A stretch of 64,000 nucleotides of DNA from contig JADIIX010000099.1 of NCBI GenBank assembly GCA_027604505.1, positions 1 through 64,000 of the forward strand, in the 5' to 3' direction. The translations under genes were made by a program, and so were the position numbers. Below the pieces are notes generated by a model, which saw only the letters and a program-made list of their open reading frames with translations, made no database searches and was not told where the DNA came from. This document shows, piece after piece, positions 55,931 to 64,000 of this stretch; positions within the stretch are counted from its first letter, which is position 1, and the number at the start of each line of letters is the position of its first letter. The stretch is from Gonapodya sp. JEL0774. Its lineage: Eukaryota.

Positions 55931-58616
55931 ATGAGAGACTTGGACAACACTCTGCGAGGTGCCTGTTGGGAGGTTGGTTTGAACGCGTCTACATCAGAAT
56001 CACTGCCCCGTACTGATTCTCCCTATGCAAGTGCGACTGTCCAGAATTCGCTCATGTCACGAAAGCTTTGAATTGTGGAGATTGTGGGCATCTCCTCACT
56101 CACCATGCCGTAATCGATCGCCTCTCTCCGGTTTCTATGTTAGAGCTTCACCAGAGGGCGTCATCCGTCAGATCCAGGCGGCAGTCAGCCAAAAGCATCC
56201 CCCAGTCTGCATACGGATTCATGACTGCCATCCCTATTCAGCCTGCCCAAACCGGACCACATTCACATGACAGCCATATCGTGTCGGCGGTTTCTCCAAA
56301 CCCTTCCCACTCATTGAGTCCATCTAAATCTCCACTGCCAGGGCCAGCAAAGCCAAGCGTGAATAAAAATGCTGCAGAGCACCAACCTGTCGTGTGTCAG
56401 CCAGTCGTCACAATTCAGGAAACAAGGAACACAGAAAATGCCCGATTCCCAGAGCGAAAAATGGAATACAATCTCCCATCTCATAATAATTCTTCGCTAG
56501 GCAATGAAGAGATCGTGACCCGGCACTTACCCACTGTCAATTCAAAGAAACCTCCGCAGCCGGAGCAGTTTCCAGGCATTTTAGCGTTCTATGTTACCAC
56601 CTGGTGTATTTCTGCTGGCGCTTGCGTTTGGATGGCCTGGAAATTGAACTTCCCGGGCAAAACCATTCCGAAAGGTCCTGATTGTGACTTTTATGACTCG
56701 CACTGCATTGTACGTTCCGTCTCGGAATCTGGTTTGGACCGTGAAGGTTTTCTCATGAGCATCATTTATACAGTGGGCTTTTGTTTTCGGCATGGTTTAC
56801 GCGATGATTTCTTACTCATCAACACGGCTCCCTGAGAAGAGATTCTTGGCTTTGGCGCTTTTCCTTGTGAGTACATGTTCTCAGGCGACTACCATCTATC
56901 TACAAAGTTTTTACTTAACACTGATGCCTCTTGACATGCCAACAGTGCTTGGCCATGGAAACTTGCGCCTATGTCCTAATGATTTACAGATTGGACCCCG
57001 CATTCGTCGATCCGTTTCATGGAAACATCAGTCACCCATCGCGCTTTATTGCGTGGATGTGCACATGTCCTCTATTGATTCAAACTATTTTCGTCGTGAC
57101 AAAGACGCGGCGGGATGTTTCTTACGTCCGCCTTGCAAACTTCTTCGTGGACTTGGCTGGCTTCTGCTGTTCTTTGTTCCCGAGACCTTGGGCCGAACTC
57201 TTCGTTCTCCTTGCAGTGTCGAATTTCTTTTATGTAATAAAGAACCTTTGGCTCGCTTATTCGGAAGCCATTGATGGAAAAACCGGATGTCGGTACCCAA
57301 GAGGAAGTTTAAAGATACTGCGCATCACTACAATTGTGTCTTGGACAGCATTTCCAGTGACTTACCTTGGTGAGTGTAGCTCTGATCCGTCTTTTCTTGT
57401 GAATGGTGCTCTTGATTTGGTTTTCTGTCTCTTCGGCAGCCTACGCTTTCGGGTACATCACGCACAGCCAATTCGAGGCAGGCATCACAGTCGCGGATAT
57501 ATTTGCGAAGTTAGTTTTGGTGAGAACAGAGAGTGTACTCGACCACTCTTCAATATGGCACGGTAACAATTTGTTCCCTCCTTTAGACGTTGATTCTCAC
57601 CAACGCGTCTATTGAACAAGTGCATACAGTTCAAGTAGAGACAGTGGAAAACGTCAATACTGCTCTTCATGAGTTAGTGGAGGAGTTGGATGCGGAAATC
57701 GCGGAAACTGACGCGATTCTCGCCCGTTTGATCCCAGATGAGTGAGTAACTTTAATGACGAGGGCACATGCACATGTCCTGGACGAAAATGTGCTGAGCG
57801 AGTCATAGTCCTGATGTACGGGTTTACTCCTCCCTCCCTCTCTCTTGTCAGAGTAATCCAGCAACTTAAAAACGGTGAGGCGACAGACGCTCGCGAATTC
57901 CCGTCTGTCACCGTCTTTTTCTCGGATATTGCCAGCTTTACTGTTCTTTCTGGCCGGACGGAAGTGAGTGCCTGGATTCAACCTCAGCGATATTTGCTAC
58001 AATGTTGAACCCGAACCGTTTTCTTCTCACATTCGACGGATGGAAACTCCTGAACAGCCAAAAGAAATGATTAAGATGCTCGAACGCTTGTGGCAACACT
58101 ACGATGCGATCGCGAGGAAGTGGGGAATTTACAAGATTGAAACTATCGGTGACGCCTTTTTTGGCGTGGCGGGGTGTCCAACTGAAACTCCAGACCATGC
58201 TGAGCGTGCAGTACAGTTCTCAATTGACATCATGGCAATGATTAAAGACTTCAGGACCGAGGCAGGCGAGCCCATCAATATCAGGATTGGTTTGAATACA
58301 GGTGAGCGTTCTGGTAGAATTGCATCCGATTTCGTTCCAGAGAAGTTACCACGGTTGGTAACGTCATTTCCTCCACTTTGCAGGACCTGTAACTGCCGGT
58401 ATTCTCGGCGAGACAAACCCACACTACACCGTAGTCGGAGACACAGCCACAGTCGCGTCTCGAATGGAGGCATCGTCTAAGCCCGGTCGAATTCATATTA
58501 ACGAGACCACTTACAATATGGTGAAGGATCTTGGCAAGTTCAAATTGAGCGGGCCGGATCCCGTGGAGATCAAAGGTGTGACCTCCATGACATACTGGGT
58601 GGACGGGAGACTGTGA
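55931..58616 (+). CDS. RGC paralog D: rhodopsin-guanylyl cyclase with Ala at the helix-C counterion site
   Basis: MRDLDNTLRGACWE|CDCPEF; helix B CLAMETCAY; helix C RFIAWMCTCP; helix G ADIFAKL; FFSDIASFT, YKIETIGDA, PHYTVVGDTATVASRMEA; ends YWVDGRL*. Confidence 0.93.
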
Positions 58617-59127
58617 TTGAGGTCAACAAGAAGTCTGATGCTAGCCAGAAGTCGATATACCCTCCAGCGATGCGACGAAAATTTCAAAAGCAATACCGTA
58701 ATCTTCTTTTATTGTATTTTAGTCTGCTTTTGCTTTTACCCAGGAGCTTGCTCCATGGATTTACAAAGCGGTTGTAATTTGAGTATCATCAATCCATTCA
58801 TCCCTAAAGTCAATATCATGAAGATGTTGAATCCCCTCGTTTCACCTCATCTCGCATTTCTTTTGTAATGATGGTCGGATGGGATTTCAACCTTTAAAGC
58901 GATGTGATCACTGGATCTCGGTTCCGAGTTCCCGTTGTAAACAATTTGAAAAACGGACTGCCTATTTGTTATACATACTACAATACTGAGAATGTACTGG
59001 AAGGCTTCATTCACATCTGAAGTATCTAGATTCATTTCGGCGAGCAACAATATTCAAATATATCCTTTCGTCCTTTCGTCCTGCTCCCGCTTTCGAGTGC
59101 ATGGCCGATCTTGAGAGGTTTCGTGAA

Positions 59128-60869
59128 TCAATGGTCATCGCCTGTGGATGGGAGCCCATATGGGAACCAGAGGGACACAGTCACCAAGCCGACTGTTCAT
59201 GTTCGTAGGTGTGCCCAAATCAACGGACTGAGGTTGAAGAGCGCACTCGCGAGTGAACACAACACTTACTGAGGTACCACAGAGTGAGATTGTCCCATCC
59301 TTTGTTGACCCACTCCATAGTTTCCAGGTACATTTGGACATTCTCTGCCGTTTCTTCGACATCCGACGGTGCTGATAACACCACGAGATTCATATCTTTC
59401 TTCGAGAGATCGTTGGCGGATTTTGAATCAGTATATTCGTTCGGCCTTTTCGCTGGGCGGGCGATAATGGAAGACTTGAAGAGACTGGTGGTCTGTTCCC
59501 AAACCTTCTTCAACCCTCTGGCGTCAGATTTCACCTGGTTTGGTGCGTCGCGCGATCCGAAGCCGTTTTTGACGAACGCCTTGGGAGGAGGCACGGAATT
59601 TTCTTTTCCATTCGAGTCGGATGATGCAGACTGTGCTCTAAATGAGCCAGTAACTTTGCTATAAAAGGATGCAAAGATATTCCCGTCGAATGAGCTTTGT
59701 GCTTGAGTACGCTCTGTTGGTTCTGCTGGTGGTGTTGCCCCAGGTCTGTTCTTTTCGATTGGACGATTTAACCTGTTCGTATCCGCATAGCGATCGGCCT
59801 GGTCAGTGTCCCTTAAACGTTGCGACCCCTCAGGTTCCTTGTTTCTCTCAGATCTTTCGGGTTCCCTGTAAAGCTCGGATCTCTCTGTTTCCCTGAAGCG
59901 CTCGGATCTTTCAGGTTCCCTGTATCGCTTGGGCTGCTCAGGTTCCCTGTGGCGCTCAGACCTCTCGGTTTCTGTGTAGCGCTCGGACCGCTCGGACATC
60001 CTAGGCTGCTTCTCGGATCGATCCGTGCCCTTAGCGACCGATCCAACTTTGAGCCTTCGAACATCTTCGGACAGTGCAGCGAGTTCCATCGAAATGGTTT
60101 GAAGCGCCTGGCCTTGTTCGGTCGTGCGCCTGCCGTATTTGTGTTCGAGGCGGGCCATTTCTCTCTGAAGAGCTTCGGCACGAGTACTGATTGCCCCACG
60201 AAGGTCGTCAACTTGGGTTTGATAGTTCATCTGGCGGACAATGGCGGACTGTTCGTACGAGTCCACGCGGGAATCGACCGCCCGCCGCATTTCGTCCAAG
60301 GCATTGCGCGTTTTGGTGTCCAAGCTCTGTTCAAGGGCCTTGAGGCGATCCAAGAGGGAGCTGGCACCACCAACGGAGCGAAGGTCCGTGGTGAGAGAAT
60401 GCAGAGAGTCGACTTGGAAGCGGAGTTGCGACGCCTCCCGCTGAAGTAGCGAGAGCTGGCTGTTCACATCGAACTGATTTCCGAACGACGGGGCGTTGGT
60501 TTTGTTGACGGTACCGTAAAATACGCCGCCGAAGAGCGAAAAGAAAATCCACACTACTGTGAGGATGAGTGCGGCGGCTTTGGCTTTCCCACGGCCGTCG
60601 AGCGAAGACCACATCTGCATAGGAGTTGTCTGAGATAACATGTGCAATGTGGAACCGTCAGCTTTCAAGCTTGGTTGAGACTCCGTTTGTGCCATTGGTG
60701 TTGTGGTGCCGTGCACTTTAAATGTTGCGGAGGACTGCATCGGCGAATTGGAGCCGTAGACTCTCGAATTCCTTTCATAAGACGCAGGAAGTCCATTGAC
60801 GCTTCCGAGCGAGCCTAGTGACCCAGGCGGACTTGATTGGCGAAATGATGCGAGACTGGGTATCTCCAT
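59128..60869 (-). CDS. Paralog E3: uncharacterised TM / coiled-coil / C-terminal TM protein with 9-aa repeats
   Basis: TM AAALILTVVWIFFSLFGGVFY; LLQREASQLRFQVDS (E2 has LLQREAHDLRQQVDS); WVNKGWDNLTLWYL|IGLVTVSLWFPYG. Confidence 0.85.
59780..59997 (-). repeat. Coding 27-bp (9-aa) tandem repeat inside E3
   Basis: ERSERYTET ERSERHREP EQPKRYREP ERSERFRET ERSELYREP ERSERNKEP EGSQRLRDT DQADRYADT. Confidence 0.85.
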
Positions 60870-61894
60870 GGTGGTGAACAATTTGGGCGGTAAAGGAAGC
60901 ACAGAGTAGAAATCCTGGCGCAATTCTAAGATTTGAAATATCTAGTAAGTTAGTTGTACTGAGATGAAAGAAAGAGCGTGCAAAGAGCGAGGTCGTTTCA
61001 AAGCGTCTGCCTCGAACTTCAGAATATCCGGCCGGGGGCCCACCAACTGCTGCCCTTCTACAAGCGATGACTAACCTCTTAATTCTCTGTCGTCCGTCTG
61101 TGATGGGAATCTGTGGATCGTTTGGAGGGGATGGGAGCGAAGGATTCCCAGGCATTGGCATTCATTCTGTTCGTACTTCGCCGATGTCGCCGACAGGCCA
61201 CCATAATAAACTATGAAAGGGAAGAGTCCAGGGACCAGATCTAAAAAGGTAGAGCATCACGTCGAAAGTCGAGGGCTTGGTGTTTACATCTAAATATGCT
61301 GTTTCTCGCATGTCTGTTAAGACCATAACCCCCTACCCTCATCTCCATAATAGTTACATAATCTGCAAGAGGACGGTGTTTGAGACACTGACTGCATCAA
61401 AAATATGAATGTATTCTCCATCAGCTAAAATGATACAACTATATAGTGATTCAGTATGTACGGGCTTATGGTTACGTTCTGTAAAGCAGCTTCCCAAGTT
61501 AACTGCTACCTGATGCTTGCAGTACAAATATTTCGACTGGATTGAATGTTTCAGTTTTTTCATTTGCCAACTTTGTGCAAGAACCAGTTCTGCCAATGGG
61601 TGATTTCCCCGGCTTGATTTCACTTAAACCAGTGCTTCGAGTGAGTTGAATTGGTGGTCGCGCTCAAGATACAGGACCAGATCAGATTCGTCGAAGCAGG
61701 CCTGGCGTGATTGGCGGGTTGACGTCGTTGAGGGTCTCTTTCCATTTTGTTCTGTTCCATTCCCCACGCAATCCAGCTTTCCTCAACGAGCAATTTTGCT
61801 GTAATCTTACTCAGTTTCCACATCTTTCCTTGGGGACATTTCCGTCTTCAGACACTGTTTTCCTGATCCTCTTTGTATGCTCTCTGCCAACGAC

Positions 61895-63355
61895 ATGTCG
61901 GATTCTGCTGCCACCAAGGTATGTTCCTGAAGCATCTGCTGGGCACCGCAATTCCTCCGCACAAGATTCGCTGAGACATTTTTGACTTATGCATCTCCCT
62001 TGTCTCCAGCCCAAGTCCGCTTTTGATACCCCCGCAACCACCTCTGCCTTCTCTTTCTCTGCGTCCGCCTTCCCCACGTCCGCCTTCCCGTCCACTTCCT
62101 CCGCACCCGCGTCAACTCCTGCTGCAGGTGATGAGGAGGGTGGCGCTGATGACGGAGAGGTCGCCCCCTCCCCGGATGTACACTTCGAGCCTGTCGTGAA
62201 GCTCGAGCAGCTCGAAGAAATTAAGACCAATGAAGAGGAAGAGGAGGTGATATTCAAGATGTGAGTTTCAGTCTTTGTTACGGAGAACGCGGCTACGTCG
62301 AAGCACGGCGGAAAAATACAAATCTGAGTGTTGGCTAGCGAAATATGAATCAGGTGTTGGAAGTGATCTGGTCCACCGGTCTGAGGCTTTTCGGATACAT
62401 GAAGAGTGTATACTGGAATCTCAATGAGTGAGATCACTCACGACTCGTCCTGTACCTTGACTAAACCGCGACAGAGGAAACGATCCAAGTGCAGTTGAGG
62501 TTCTGCCCGTTCTCCAACTAGAGTTTACTCATCTCTAGTTCCCTTTTATAGGCGTGCCAAGTTGTTCCGATTTGACAAGGCCACCGCTTCGGACGTGTCT
62601 GAGTGGAAGGAGCGGGGTACGGGAGATGTCAAACTCCTCAAACACAAGGAGACTGGAAAGATTCGTCTTTTGATGAGGAGGGACAAGACTTTGAAGATCT
62701 GTGCGAACCACCATGGTGAGTGGCGGTGTTTAGGTGATACTAGGGCAGGAAGTCGGTACCAGTTGAACCGGATACGCGAGAGTAAGGAGTGCAAGTATGA
62801 CACTGTGTCTGAACCACCTTGATGCACCATCGACAGTGGAGGTTGGGAAAGAGAGGACTTGTTCTCTTCAATTCATCGGAGATGAACGTCACCCTGGTCG
62901 CTCCAACCTCCACAATATCTAATACGCGATTATTCTTTATTCCTTGCACCTCTCCATGCAGTCTCCCCGGAACTGCAACTGACGCCAAACGTGTCGTCCG
63001 ACCGTTCATGGGTATGGCATGTCCCCACCGACTACTCCGAGGAGACCCCGAGGCCCGAGCTTTTGGCGATCAGGTTCTCTAACTCTGAGAGTGAGTGGAC
63101 CTTCTACTACAATCTCTTTGTCATCACAGGTCAACACCTTCTCTGTCATTCCAATTCGCACTCACTTGTACCCCGCACTCCGTAGACGCCAACAAGTTCC
63201 GCGATGCTTTTGAGGACGCCAAGAAATCCAACGCGGCTATTGCGGGTGTCAAGGCCTCCCCGGCTGCGAAGACTGCCGAGGAAGAGGAAGCCGAAGCGGA
63301 TGCCGAGGATGCGAAAGAGGCTGCCGAGGCCACCGCTGCAGAAAAGAAGGAGTAA
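61895..63355 (+). CDS. YRB1: Ran-binding protein 1 (RanBD)
   Basis: [79 protein letters not shown]. Confidence 0.95.
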
Positions 63356-64000
63356 TTGGGCTCACCCAAATCATGGTTGGCCCTTTTCGATGACATCCGT
63401 CGTATCATGGGACCTATCGTACCATACTGTAGCGACTTGATCCTCGACCCAACCTCCAAAAACATCACTCCACCACAGCCACCCACTCCTATTCCCCATT
63501 CCCCTTTCCATTCACAAGACACCCTGCACCCCATTCTCCCCCGGCCTCGGAAACCCATTTTTTCGCTCTCCTTTAACCTCCCCTGCCTTCCAACGTCCCC
63601 TGGCGCATCCTTCCCTCGCTCCCATCTGCGTAACGTTGATTACTATTGTGTAAACGCTTAGATACGCTTTTAAATAAAACAACGGTTCAGCGAAAGTTGG
63701 TGATCCCTTCCCGCTCCATGAATGTTTGTTTCCTCATTGCATAGTTGACTACTACCTTGGAACCGGCCAGCAATACCTCTTGGGTCGTCAGACAGCAGTG
63801 ATGATCATTACGATTATTGCAATTGCTTTACCGAACTACTGCGTTCCAAAAGTGAGACGCGATGGGTCCGTCACACGGACTCAACCATTCCTTCAACCTT
63901 TCTGTGTAACGAGTATGTTGTTTATTCCAAACAAAGCTCATGTCAAACCTCCGTAAATAGGTGCAATTCCTTCATCTTCTCGAGTGGCCGTTTACCAAGA

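Overview
Intron-rich eukaryotic DNA. The gene content (rhodopsin-guanylyl cyclase fusions, a Fungal_trans factor, DET1) fits a zoosporic, early-diverging fungus, but the species cannot be determined from sequence alone. Bases 1-3.7 kb hold a CpG-depleted ~160-bp tandem array and a decayed Ty3/Gypsy chromovirus. Bases 4.5-37 kb hold ordinary genes (TLDc protein, F-box, MFS, secreted Cys-rich protein, piggyBac remnant, DET1, Fungal_trans TF, ACL4, FAD oxidase, IST1). The main feature is 37.6-60.9 kb, a cluster of four 8-TM rhodopsin-guanylyl cyclase (RGC/CyclOp-type) paralogs, called A-D here, all with a conserved N-terminal Cys5/His3 motif. They appear to have diverged in role. A has Arg in place of the retinal Lys and a dead cyclase but an intact reading frame. 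B versus C/D carry complementary halves of the cyclase active site, predicting heterodimers. D has a reciprocal helix-C Glu/helix-B Ala swap at the counterion. Three paralogs of an unrecognised two-TM coiled-coil protein (E1-E3) are interleaved, two of them in a mirror-image duplication with C and D. HEM3, a dienelactone hydrolase and YRB1 also lie in or beside the cluster. All gene models were spliced by hand from GT-AG sites and paralog comparison; no database search was run.
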